The notes: a model not told the origin generated them from the sequence alone. A DNA stretch of 64,000 nucleotides from Octopus sinensis (GCF_006345805.1 NC_043021.1:17050001-17114000), one strand, 5' to 3'. Counted from the stretch's first letter, positions 34,611-48,200 are shown. Program-made: numbers and translations.

Positions 34611-36757
34611 AAACCAAAGAGTTAATGGAGACAATGGCTCAACCAATTACTTTTGGAGTGAGAGCAGCCAGAGTGAGTGCACTCACTTAGGTCAGTCTGT
34701 TAAAAATTTTAAATCATCTTCATTGTCATTATTAATATTGTGCAGGTGGCACGTAAAAAGCACCCACTACACTCACGGAGTGGTTGGCATTAGGAGGGGC
34801 ATCCAGCTGTAGAAACACTGCCAGATAAGACCGGAGCCTGGTGCAGTGGGGGGGGGGTTAAGTCAATTACATCGACCCCAGTGTTTTACTGGTATTTGTT
34901 TTATCGACTGTGAAAGAATGAAAGGCAAAGTCGACACTGGTGGAATTTGAACTCAAAATGTAAAGACGGATGAAATACTGCCAAGCATTTTTCCCAGCGT
35001 GCTAATGATTCTGCCACCTCACTGCCATAATAATAATAATAATAATAATGCCTGGCCTTGCCTGGCTTGTGTGCCGGTGGCACGTAAAAAGCACCATCAA
35101 ATCGTGGCCGCTGCCAGGCTCCCCTGGCACCTGTGCCGGTGGAACGTAAAAAGCACCCACTACACTCTCAGAGTGGTTGGCGTTAGGAAGGGTATCCAGC
35201 TGTAGAAACACTGCCAGATAAGACCGGAGCCTGGTGCAGCCTTCTGGCTTCCCAGATCCCCGGTCGAACCGTCCAACCCATGCTAGCATGGAGAACGGAC
35301 GTTAAACGATGATGATGATGATGATGAATATCATTCTTTTCTACCCTAGGCACAAGGCCCGATATTTGGGGTGAGGGGGCCAGTCGATTAGATCGCCCCC
35401 AGAACACAACTAGAACTTAATTCATTGACCCTGAAGGGACAATGGACAAAGTCGACCATGGAAGTTAACTTTGACTTTCATCTTTTTGGGGCCAGCAAAA
35501 TGAGTCCCAGTTGAGCACGGGGGTGGGATGTGGCGGGGGATGTCAATGCAACTGACTTACCCACACCCCTAAAATTGTTGGGCTTGTGTCGAAATTTGAA
35601 ACCATTATTATAATTGTTGTTATTGGTGGTGGTGGTCTTGTTTGGATTGGGAGAATTGTAAGAACACTTAAAAAAAAAAAAAGGTCCATGTGACATTTAT
35701 CTTGCATCTGAAATCCAGCAGAGGTGACGTTACCATTTATTCATTCTTCAGGGGTCAATAGAATAAAGTGCAAATCAACCAATGGGACCCATTTAATCAA
35801 ATATGCTCCTTGTCTCAAAGATTCTGGCTTTGTACCTGAAATCATCATCATCATCATCATTATCATTGCCGTCATTGTTCGATTCTGTTTGACATTGTTT
35901 ATGCAGCAATGACGGTTTCTGTTGCTAATCGCTAAATTAGCAACAATCAGAACAGATGCCAGAATTGAAAGATATTTGCTGACATTTGTCCAAACCAGAA
36001 ATCAATATGACGACAGCCAACTATTTTGGGAAACGGACAAAAATTACTGAAACCAAATGAGAAAGAGAAAGAAAAAGGAAACAAAAAAAGCTAAAGAATG
36101 CTTAGAATCGGTAGACTTGGAATTTCTATTATTTTTTTCCCCCCATTTTCTTCTTTTTTTTTTCCCTTTGGTCTGAATATATTACCTGGCATTAATGTTT
36201 TCTGTTTTGTTATGGCTTAAGTCCATGGCAGAAGGGTAACACACATTACCTTTTCCAGGATTTTGAAGACTTGGGAGTGGGGTGGGGGGGTGGGCCCTGG
36301 CCTGAATGTGAGAGTTATTTATACACACTCGTATCTCTCATCTCAGACTGCTTTAAAGTGCATATTTTAATTTGGTTTTCAAATTTTGGCAACAAGGCCA
36401 GTGACTTTGGGGAGTGGGTAGGTTGATTACATCGACCCCCAGCTTTTCACTGGTACTTGTTTTATTGACCCTGAAAGAATAAAAGGCAAAGCCGACACCA
36501 GTGTAATTTGAACTCAGAACGTAAGGACAGACGAAATGCTGCCAGCTCACAATAATAATGGTTTCAAATTTTGCCACAAGGGCAGCAATTTTGGGAGAGG
36601 GGATAAGTTGATTACATCGACCCCAGGACGCAACTGGTACTTAATTTATCGACCCCGAAAGGATGAAAAGCAAAGCCAACCTCAGAGGAATTTGAACTCA
36701 GAATGTAGAGACAGACAAAATACCGCAAAGCATTTCATCCAGCATGCTAACAATTCA

Positions 36758-36788
<31 letters not shown>

Positions 36789-37008
36789 GTTTCAAATTTT
36801 GGCACAAGGCCAGCAACTTTGGGGAGTGGGGGGGGGGGGTTAAGTCGATTACATCGACCCCGGTGTTTTACTGGTATTTGTTTTATCGACTGTGAAGGAA
36901 TGAAAGGCAAAGTCGACACTGGTGGAATTTGAACTCAAAATGTAAAGATGGATGAAATACTGTTAAGCATTTTTCCCAGCGTGCTAATGATTCTGCCACC
37001 TCGCTGCC

Positions 37009-37047
<39 letters not shown>

Positions 37048-38059
37048 CCTGGCCTTGCCTGGCTTCTGTGCCGGTGGCACGTAAAAAGCACCATCCAATC
37101 GTGGCCACTGCCAGGCTCCTCTGGACCTGTGCCGGTGGCACGTAAAAAGCACCCACTACACTCTCGGAGTGGTTGGTGTCAGGAAGGGCAACCAGCTGTA
37201 GAAACACTGCCAGATCAGACTGGAGCCTGGTGCAGCCTCCTGGCTTCCCAGACCCCGGTCAAACCGTCCAACCTGTGCTACCACGGAAAACGGACGTTAA
37301 ACGATGATGATGATGAATAATAATCCTTTATACTAAAGACACAAGACATGAAATTTTAGGGGAGGGAGCTGGCCAGTTATATCAACACCCGGTGCTCAAT
37401 TGGTGGCCCTGAAAGGATGAGAGGCCAAGTCAACCGTGACAGAATTTAAACTCAGAATTGAAGACGGACGTAATGACGCAAAGAATTCTGCTTGGCATGC
37501 TAATGATTCTGCCAGCTCGCTGCCTTCAGTAATAACGATAATGCTTCAAATTTTGACACAAGGTAGTGATTTGGAGAAGTACCCAATTACATCAACCCCC
37601 AGTAGTTGATAGGTACTTAACTGACTCAGGAAGGATGAAAGGTGAAGTTGATTCTGGTGGGATTTGAGCTTTAGAAAGAAAATCAAAATGGTACTGGAAT
37701 GGATTTGTTCCACTAAAACCGTTTAATCCTTTAGCATTTAAACTGACCACATCCAACCCAAATATTCTGTTTTATGCTCAAACTGGCTAAAACTGACCTC
37801 TCACACCTGCATTACAATGTCAGTCCAAAATTCTATTGTCACATCATTGAAATTTCAAAGCTACAAGATGGTGCAAGATTAATTCAAAATGATGTGAGTA
37901 AATAAATATATTTGAAAAAGTAATCTGAACGCTAAATGGTTAAGGTGGTGCTCCAGTATGGCCACAGTTCAATGACTGAAACAAGATAAACGGGGAAGAA
38001 TTAGTACACACACACACACTAATTCCTACATAATGTATTTAATTTTAAGCCACACCATG

Positions 38060-38270
38060 ATTGTAAGATTGTGGTTTCGATTCATGGACTGGGCGACGCG
38101 TTGTGTTCTTGAGCAAGACACTTCATTTCAAGTTGCTCCTGTCCACTCAGCTGGCAAAAATGAGTAACGCTGCGATGGACTGGCGGCCCATCCGGCTGGG
38201 GAACACATACGCCATAGAAACCGGGAAACCAGGCCCATGAGACTGGCTAGGCTTTAAAAAGGGCACATTT
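38060..38270 (+). mobile_element. tRNA-derived SINE with a V-domain-like core
   Basis: B box GTGGTTTCGATTC, GTGTTCTTGAGCAAGACAC, then CTGCGATGGACTGGCGGCCCATCC, which resembles the V-SINE core motif from memory. Confidence 0.5.
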
Positions 38271-40207
38271 ATTTTTTATTTATACTGAAATTTACATTAT
38301 TTACTGTTGGTATACCAGAACATGACACCACATCATTAAGACTGTTGTTTAATTAAAGATACAACATTACATCGTTATTGTTATGATTGTCGTTTAATTT
38401 AAGAGACAGACTATTCAACATTATTATATCATTACCATTAGAAATAAGGTTTTAATTGAAAATACAGAATATAGACTAATACTACATCGTTATGACTTGT
38501 TTAATTAAAGACACAGAATACACATTACATTGTTATCGTTATAAATGTTGTTTAATTAAAGATATGGAATACAAAACATTACATCATTATGACTTAATTA
38601 AGGACATGGAATATGCAACATCACATCGTTATGACTGTCGCTTGATTAAAAAATTACAGAATAAACAGATTTAAAGGTTAATCCAATGAATACTAAGGCC
38701 ATCAGAGAAATCTCAAATGCAGACACTTAATCTGCTAGAAAAAGCAGCCATGTTCCAATCAAATCAAATTAAAGGCAGTGAGTTGGTGGAAACGTTAGCA
38801 CACCGGGCGAAATGCTTAGCGGTATTTCGTCTGCTGTTACGTTCTGAGTTCAAATTCCGCCGAGGTTGACGTAGAAAGACTGCCAGATCAGATTGGAGCC
38901 TGGTGCAGCCGCTGGCTTCCCAGACCTTAGTCAAACCATCCAACCCATGCCAGCATGGAAAATGGACATTAAACAATGGTGATGATGATTGTAGGACAGG
39001 TATGAGAAGCATGATCTGGCCAGTTTGAGCATAAAACAAAATATATTTTGGCTGGATATGGCTGGTTTGAATGATAGAAGGTTAAGCAACAGCCCTCCCC
39101 AACGCCACTGCCACCCTCAACAGGTTCTATGACAAGATGGTTAATGCAGTTAAATGGTTAATATGGTTAATACGGTTATGCAATTATTAAAAATGGTTAA
39201 CTTACAGGATAAATATTGAGGTTCACTTTTGATGGCTGAAACATCTTCAAACGATGTGGAGAACCTGTACAACAATAAATAAATACAAAAATCCAATTAA
39301 AAAATATTTATTATATCAACTATTTTTTATTAAAAAATGAGTAAATATTTAACCCTTTCGATAGCAATCCACTTCACGTCCTAAATTTTAAAAAATCCCT
39401 GTTTTAAAGTGATGTTACTTAAAACCTTTCTTCAAAATCTTATGTCATGTCCCAAACACCAGATTAATAACTGATACAGGTATTTTACTGAAATAGTCAT
39501 TATTTTCCAAAATTAATCGAACCAAATACACAGTTTTTCAACAGAAATATGGTAAGAAAAGGGTTCACACTTTTGATAGCACCCTGTTTGAAGGGATCTA
39601 AATTAAAACCTTTCAGGAAAATTTCATGTTATGTTCCAAACACCAGCTTAATAACGACAAAGTTATTTCATTAAATTCTTCTTCATCATCATAATTTAAG
39701 GCCTGTTTTCCAGGTTTTGGTTGGCAAGGCCAGGAGCTGCACCAAGTACCATTTGCAGCTGTCATGCAACCTCAAGATAACGAGGCAGAATTGTGCACAA
39801 CACACATTATATATATATGTACACACACACACACACACAGACATTATATATACGTACACACACACGCATACAATGGGCTTCTTTTAGTTTCCATCAACCA
39901 AATCCATTTTAAAGACTTTGGTTGGTTAAGGACTATAGTAAGTAGACAACTACCACCCAAGTTGTCATAGCAGGACTGAACCTGAAGCCACAAGATTAGG
40001 AGGGAAACTTCTTAACCACACAGCCATCTCTCTTTCTCTCTCTCTCTCGTGGCTGTGTGGTAAGAAGCTTGCTTCCCAACCACATGATTCTGGGTTCAAT
40101 CCCACTGCATGGCACCTTGGGCAAGTGTCTTCTACTATAAATCTGGGCTGACCAAAGCCTTGCGAGTGGATTTGATAGATGGAAACTGAAAGAAGACTGT
40201 CATGTCA

Positions 40208-40245
<38 letters not shown>

Positions 40246-40959
40246 TGTCTGTCCCCAACAGACAGCTGGTGTTGGTGGTGTGTTTGTGTCTATAACTTAC
40301 TGATTCGGCAAAAAAAGAAAAATTATAATGAATTTTGACCAAAAATGCAAGGGGGTGCCCCAGCATGGCCACAGTCTAATGACTGAAACAAGTAAAAGAA
40401 TCTATCTACCGCACACACACACACACACACACACATGCTATAGTGAGAAGAAAAAATGTTATGAAGCTAGGTCAGACCATAATTTCGTTGGTCAGAGAAA
40501 ATTTTGCTGTCAAAAATGTTACACAGTGGGGGGGGGGGGGGTTAAAAAAAAAGAGAAAAAAGTTAAAAACGAAACATAGATCAGTTTGTGAAAGTATTGA
40601 GAGAGGTGGGGAGATGGGGAAGAGGGGGGAGAAAGAGAAGGTGAGAGAGATGGAAAGAAGGGGAGTGGGGGAGATAGAGTGAGGAGAGACAGAGAGAGGG
40701 GAGAAAGAAATGGAGTGAGAGGGAACACAAGACAAGGAAAGAAGTGACAGAAAACGAAAGGGAAAGAATTAAATGTCCACCAGAGAGAGAGAGAGAGCGA
40801 GAGAGAGAGAGAGAGGGACAGAGAGAGAGAGAGAGAAAAAAAAGGAAGAAAGAGAAATGCATTTTGCATAGCTACCATCATCACCAGAAAAAAAATTTCT
40901 AAATGAAATCATTCTAATGGGGGAGAGAAAAAGAGAGGGAGATAAAGAGTGACAGACAA

Positions 40960-40996
<37 letters not shown>

Positions 40997-41872
40997 CACA
41001 GAAAGAGGCAGAGAGAGAGAGGCACAGAAAGAGGCAGAGAGAGAGAGATGAGTGTTCATGTTGATTTAATGTAACAACTGTCTCCCTCCACAGGCTCCCT
41101 TCTGTCTTAATTAGATATGTGGGTCATACACAACCAGTCAACCAATCATCAGGGTCACTGTTGCTTGACTTGCTAAATATAATAGCTGAAGTCTTCCTCA
41201 ACAACATCACATCCTAAATATCATCATAATCATCATCATCATTTAACGTCTGCTTTCCACGCTGTCATGGGCCAGACGGTTTGACATGGAGCTGACAGAG
41301 CTGGGAGCCAACTCCAATTGTCTTCTGTGGCATGGTTCCTATGGCTGGGCGCCCTTCCTAACACCAATCACTTTATAGAGTGGCTGGTAAGCAAGCTACT
41401 TACCACACAGCCACTCCTAATATCCACCAGCACCACCATTACTCTTGCAGCCTGTACTACCAGCATCTCCACTCTAGCTTTACTCCACACCACCTTGACC
41501 ATTATCATCAACACCACTTTCACCACAACCATTACCATCAACACCATCACTGCCTCACTACACCATCAACACCACCATCATTACCCCACTACACCACCAC
41601 CACCACCACCATTACCATCAATACCACCAACACCATGTGCTGGATGCTTTTTACGTGCCTCTACCACGGGTGCATTCATGCAACACCAGCAGGTCCTTTT
41701 TTTGTGGACGACATCGACTTTACTTAGTTTGACATGTCTGATCAAGTACAGCAAACCACATCTCCCAGTCCTTTGTCATTTCCTCAGTGAGGCCCAACAT
41801 CTGAAGATCCTTTCTAATCACTTGGTCCCATGTCTTCCTGGGTCTATCCCTTCCATAGGTATCCTCGACAAT

Positions 41873-42128
41873 TTGAACTCAGAACGTAGCGGCAGATGAA
41901 ATACCGCTAAGCATTTCGCCCAACGTTAGCACGCCAGGCAGAATGCTTAGCGGTATTTCGTCTGCCACTACATTCTGCTTTCAAATTCCGCCGAGGTTGA
42001 CTTTGCCTTTCATCCTTTTGGGGTCAATTAAATAAGTACCAGTTGCGCACTGGGGTTGATATAATCAACTTAATCCATTTGTCCTTGTTTGTCCTCTCTG
42101 TATTTAGCCCTTTGTGAGTAGTAAAGAA
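41873..42128 (+). mobile_element. SINE family B with inverted 5' duplication and 18-bp TSD
   Basis: TSD ATAGGTATCCTC(G/C)ACAAT at 41855-41872 and 42129-42146. The first 55 nt or so are the reverse complement of the SINE head. Confidence 0.85.
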
Positions 42129-42561
42129 ATAGGTATCCTCCACAATCAGACCTAACGCAGCTCTCATCTACAAGCATCACATGACCAAAATATAAATACC
42201 TCAAGCAAGTGTTCTACATGTTTAAATACATACATATAGATTAGGGTGGGAGACGACTTAGGAAAAATTCAACTGACTGAGATTATCTCTGTTATTAGTA
42301 GATAAACATTCCCTTTAAAAATGCTTAAAATTAAAAAATGACAATTAGAAGATAACTCCACTAAGCTCAGACGACTGAAATTTTTGCGAAGTTGAATGCA
42401 TGTTTTGTTTTTTTTACCTTCTCTCATTTCCCTTATTATGGCTGCAAATATGGCCATGCTGGGATATTCCCTTCAAGGGTGTTAGATGATTGTCCCAATC
42501 TTTACTCAGTACTTATTTTATTGATCTTTAACTTCTGAATTACTAAGTTTATGATTCAGAC

Positions 42562-42867
42562 CAGTGGTTCTCAACGAGGGTTCCTTAAATCCTTAAAAAT
42601 GTTTTAGCCCGAAGGCTGTGGCCATGCTGGGGCACTACCGCTGGTTCATTTAAGATTTTGTTAAAATTAATCTGCAATAAACTGGTTTTATTTCTACAAC
42701 ACACAAAATATTTTCACAATTTTTTTTTTATAAAATTCCTAACGATATTTAATCATAAAAATACAATTAGAGATGTTGGACATCAAACGGCTATGAGGGT
42801 TCCCCAACCCCTTGAGTAAAATAGGAACCAGAAGGGTCCATGAGTAAAAAATGATTGAGAGCCACTG
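42562..42867. mobile_element. hAT (Charlie-like) MITE
   Basis: TIRs CAGTGGTTCTCAA / CAGTGGCTCTCAA. Degenerate 8-bp TSD ATTCAGAC / GTTTAGAC. Confidence 0.7.
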
Positions 42868-43371
42868 GTTTAGACATTCAGAAACAGCTTGGCACCAGTA
42901 AGACAAATATATACATAAATTTTGAGGGGCTTCTTTACAGTTTCCACCAAGAGATTCATCTCTGAAGGCACTTTGAGAAATGCTAGGATTATGTTCAAGC
43001 ACACATGTAAACCACATGGAGATGCCACCTCAAGAGCCACATGGCATCCGTCTTGCAAATCACACAGCAATATTTATATTTGTTTTGTTTGTTTGTTTTT
43101 AAAACAATGACAAAAAGCGATATCACATTTGGCTATCTGATATATTATCAACTTCACACATTGCATTGTCAAGGAAGGAGTGTAAGAAACAGGAGGAGGG
43201 GGAGGAGAGATTCCCCAAGCACAAACATGGCTGTGTGGTTAATAAGTCTGTTTCACAACCACAAGGTTTTGAGTTCAGTCCTACTGCATGGCATGTTGGG
43301 CAAGTATCTTCTATAGCCTCAAGTGAACCAATGCTTTGTAAATGACTTCAGTAGAAACTCTAAAAACCAAT

Positions 43372-43479
43372 CATATATATATATATATATATATAATATA
43401 TATTACACATATATGTGTATATATATATATATATATGTGTGTATGTATATATGTGTATATATATATGTGTGTGTGTGTG

Positions 43480-43513
<34 letters not shown>

Positions 43514-43787
43514 ATATATATGTGTGTGTGTATATATATATATATATATGTGCTTGTGTGTATATATATATATGTGTGTGTGTGTATATATATATGTATG
43601 TGTGTGTATATATATGTGTGTGTGTATATATATGTGTGTGTGTGTGTATATATATGTGTGTGTGTATATATATATGTGTGTGTGTATATATATATATGTG
43701 TGTGTGTGTATATATGTGTGTGTGTGTATATATGTGTGTGTGTGTATATATGTGTGTGTGTATATATGTATGTATATAATATATATG

Positions 43788-43818
<31 letters not shown>

Positions 43819-44284
43819 GTATATATATTATGTGTGTATATATATATGTATATATGTATATTTATATATGTATATATATATATGTAGATATATGTATATA
43901 TATAATGTATATATATGTATATATATATATATGTATTATATATATATGTAGATATGTATATATATATGTATATAATATATTATATATATATGTAATATAT
44001 ATATATGTATATAGATATATAAAATATATATATATATATATATGTATTTATATACATATATATATGTCAGTTTAAATACACAACCGAAAGAGCTACTAAG
44101 AATAGTTTCATACTATTATTATACTTCAAGTAGACATATTCCTGAAATCCGCCATCTATTTTAAAGCCTGAGCGATTGCTTCAAGATACTTGGCATATTT
44201 CATAAATATGCCTGGTCAAGTATCATAAAAGTCTGAAACTATTAGTAGCTCTTTCGGTTGTGTATTTAATTTGGATATATATAA

Positions 44285-44315
<31 letters not shown>

Positions 44316-44422
44316 ATATAAATATATATATATATAATAATATAAATATATAATATATATATAATATATATAAATATTATATATATATATATATAATATA
44401 TTATATAAAATATATATATATT

Positions 44423-44461
<39 letters not shown>

Positions 44462-44546
44462 AATATAATATATATATATATATATATAAAATATATTATC
44501 ATATATATATAAATATATATATATATTATATAATAAATATATATAT

Positions 44547-44618
<72 letters not shown>

Positions 44619-44711
44619 TAATATATATATATATAAATATTATATATATATATATATATAAATATTTATATATAATATATATAAATATATATATATAAAT
44701 ATATAATATAT

Positions 44712-44746
<35 letters not shown>

Positions 44747-44807
44747 ATAAATATATATATATATATATAATATATATATAATATATATATATATATTAGA
44801 AATAAAT

Positions 44808-44840
<33 letters not shown>

Positions 44841-44980
44841 GATATATATAAATTTAATATATATAATATATAAATATATTATATATATATATATATATAA
44901 ATATATATAAAATATATATATATATTAAAATAATATAAATATATATATATATAAAATATATATATATATATATATATATA
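43372..44980. repeat. About 1.6 kb (TA/TG)n and (TA)n microsatellite field, interrupted by the 44072-44269 element
   Basis: Direct reading. Confidence 0.95.
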
Positions 44981-44983
44981 AAA

Positions 44984-45103
44984 GAAAATAAGACAAGGTA
45001 GAAAATGCTAAAATAATTTTATCATGTAGAACATTTTAGTACCGGTACTAAAATGTTCTTCATGATAACATTATTTTAGCATTTTCTACCTTGTCTTATT
45101 TTC
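44984..45103. repeat. 120-bp spacer-less palindrome centred on AGTACCGGTACT
   Basis: 60-bp arms, two mismatches by eye. Confidence 0.92.
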
Positions 45104-46021
45104 CTTATACATATCAACTCGTGTGTTACTTATCAACTTTCTACACACACACAAACACACACACACATGTATTCCGTGCCGGTGGCACATAAAAAGCACC
45201 CACTACACTCACGGAGTGGTTGGCGTTAGGAAGGGCATCCAGCCATAGAAACATTGCCAGATCAGACTGGGCCTGGTGCAGCCTTCTTGCTTCCCAGACC
45301 ACAGTTGAACCGTCCAACCCATGCCAGCATGGAAAGCGGACGCTAAACGATGATGATGATGATGTATATATATATATACATACATACAAATTAGAGAAGA
45401 ACCACCATGTAGCAGTTCAACAATGATATAATTAAATCATATATATATATATATAAAATCATTAAGCATCCATTTTCCATGCTGGCATGGGTCAGGCATT
45501 TTGACTGGAACTGCCAAGTCGGAGAGCTGCACCGGGTACCAATCTGATTTAGTATGGTTTCTACAGATGGATGCTCTTCCTAACACCAACCACTCCAAAA
45601 GTGCAGTGGGTGCTTTTTACATGTCACCATCAAGGGTGCCTTAGGAGTGACCAGGCACAGGAGTGACTGAGTGGTAAGTAGCTTGCTTCCCAACCACATG
45701 GTTCCTAGTTCAGTCCCACTGCGTGGCACTTTGGGTAAGTGTCTTCTACTATAGCCTTGAGCTGACCAAAGCCTTATGAGTAGATTTGATAGATGGAAAC
45801 TGAAAGAAGCTTATATATGTGTTTGTATGTCTGCGTTTATCTATCCCCACCATTGCTTGACAACTGACATTGGTGTGTTTACATCCCTGTAACTTAGCAA
45901 TTCCACGAAAGAGATCAATAGAATAAGTACTAGGCTTACAAAGAATAAGTCCTGGGGTCGATCTGTTCAACTAAAGGCAGTGCTCTAGCATGGCCGCAGT
46001 CAAATGACAGAAACAAGAATA

Positions 46022-46054
<33 letters not shown>

Positions 46055-46244
46055 AACACATAAAAAGCACCCACTACATTCTCGGAGTGGTTGGCATTAG
46101 GAAGAGTATCCAGCCATAGAAACCATACCAAATCAGATTGGAACCTGGTGCAGCCCCCCCCCCCTCACTCTACCCCAGCTTACCAGTTTTCAATCGAACT
46201 AAACAACCCATGCCAGCATGGAAAGCAGACATTAAATGATGATG

Positions 46245-46276
<32 letters not shown>

Positions 46277-46294
46277 ATATATATATGTATATAC

Positions 46295-46331
<37 letters not shown>

Positions 46332-47639
46332 CATATGTGTATATGTGTGTATATATATGTGTGCGTATATATATATATACATATACATACATGTGCGCAT
46401 ACATATGCACACATGAATGTATATATGTAATTGTGTGCATGTGTGTGTGGCCACACCCATGCCTGTCCCCTACAACTGCTTGGCAGCAAGTGTTGGTTCG
46501 TTTACATCCTCACACCTTAGCAAGTTGAGTGAAAGAAATCAATCGACTTCGTACAAGGATTAAAAAAAAAACAAAAGCAAATTAAGTACTGGCATCAATC
46601 TGTTCGACTAAAATCTCTCCGGGGCAGTGCCCCAGCATGGCCACAGTGGACGGCAGACAAAGGACGGCTTATCGCAGAGCCGGACAGAAAGCCTTTCTGT
46701 ATCTCCCCCGTCAATAATAAATATTCTTCATGCCGCCCCGGATTGTGCATGTGCATAATGGGTGCACTGTTATGCACGCATACGGCTAAGTGCTGTAATA
46801 TGACCTTACAGTAAAACATTGGCCCTCCCCCCCCGCACTACCACCACCACCACCACCACTGCCAACTACCACCCACACATGAAATAAAGATAAACTTGCT
46901 ACTGGCTCAATAAGGCTGAGAGAGAAGGGGGGAGAGGGGGAGGAGGGGAGAGGGGGAGAAAGCTGCTCATCCGATAGGATTACACGACATAAAATGTTAA
47001 TAGGACAGTAAATGTCACGACAACAACGAAAACAACAATACCTAGCTGATGGGGGGTGGGGTGAGGGGGTGGAGACAGTGCGGTCATTATCAGCTAGAAA
47101 TAGCAGCCATATCCATCCGTCTTTCGGATCATGTACCTTTCAGGCTCAGAAAGAAACGAAGGTTACATCGGATAATCGGTGGTCGTGGTCGTGGTCCTGG
47201 TCCCGGTCCTAGAGTGGGGATGGTCATGACTGGGATGCCTTTGATCATATAGGTTTTGCTCAGTTGTGAAATGGCAATAACTTACATCTCCCAACACCCA
47301 CCCATCCACACAATCCCTAACCCTCTCATACAGCTATGCCAAGGGTTTCTCAAGAACAAGAGAAATGCTGAAAAGGCCACTAAAAAAAGGCTCCATTGAG
47401 AACTTGTGCCATTTATGTGTGTGTGTGTGTGGGACATTCTGTAATTGAATATATTCAATAATTACGGACAATCGAACGACAGTTGGTTGGCTTCTTTAAT
47501 TATTTTTCCTTTGTAGATCCCGCATTATCAACTTACTGATCACACACACACACAGATATATAATATATGCATATATACATATAGATGTAAATATACACAT
47601 ATGTGTGTGTATTTATATATACATAAATGTGTATAAGTA

Positions 47640-47676
<37 letters not shown>

Positions 47677-47689
47677 TGCCTTGTTAGTC

Positions 47690-48200
47690 CATGTATCATG
47701 CATCAAAATGAAGCTGGTCCTCCGTGGATCACATCCCTACTTCTCAACATAGTCACCGTTTCTCTCAATAGCAATGTGCCACCTTCGAATGAGAGCATGT
47801 TTCCCTGCCCCGTAAAATTCTGCTGACTGTTCTTTGAGCCACTTCTTTACTACAGTTTTCACTTCCTCGTCACTGGAATAATGCTTGCCTCTCAAACACT
47901 CTTTCATGGGGCCGAAGAGATGATAGTCTGAAGGCACTAAATTATTCCAGTGATGATGAGGAAGTGAAAACTGTAGTGAAGAAGTGGCTCAAAGAACTGT
48001 CAACAGAATTTTACGGGACAGGGATACATGCTCTCATTCGAAGGTGAAACATTGCTATTGAGAGAAACAGTGACTATGTTGAGAAGTAGGGATGTGATCC
48101 ACAGAGGACCAGCTTCATTTTGATGCATGATACATGTTCCTGTGTTGGTAATTATACCTGTCCTAAACACAATGGCATCACTTTTTGACTCACCCTCATA
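47690..48200. mobile_element. Fold-back mariner relic: two inverted transposase 3' ends
   Basis: Minus ORF PSDYHLFGPMKECLRGKHYSSDEEVKTVVKKWL...WHIAIERNGDYVEK is a mariner transposase C-terminus (PSDYHLF motif). The right arm ends in TIR TTTTTGACTCACCCTCA|TA. Confidence 0.9.

Noticed and set aside
47737-47937. 66 aa mariner transposase ORF as a functional gene
   Set aside because: Only the C-terminal fragment inside a rearranged relic, lacking most of the DDD domain.
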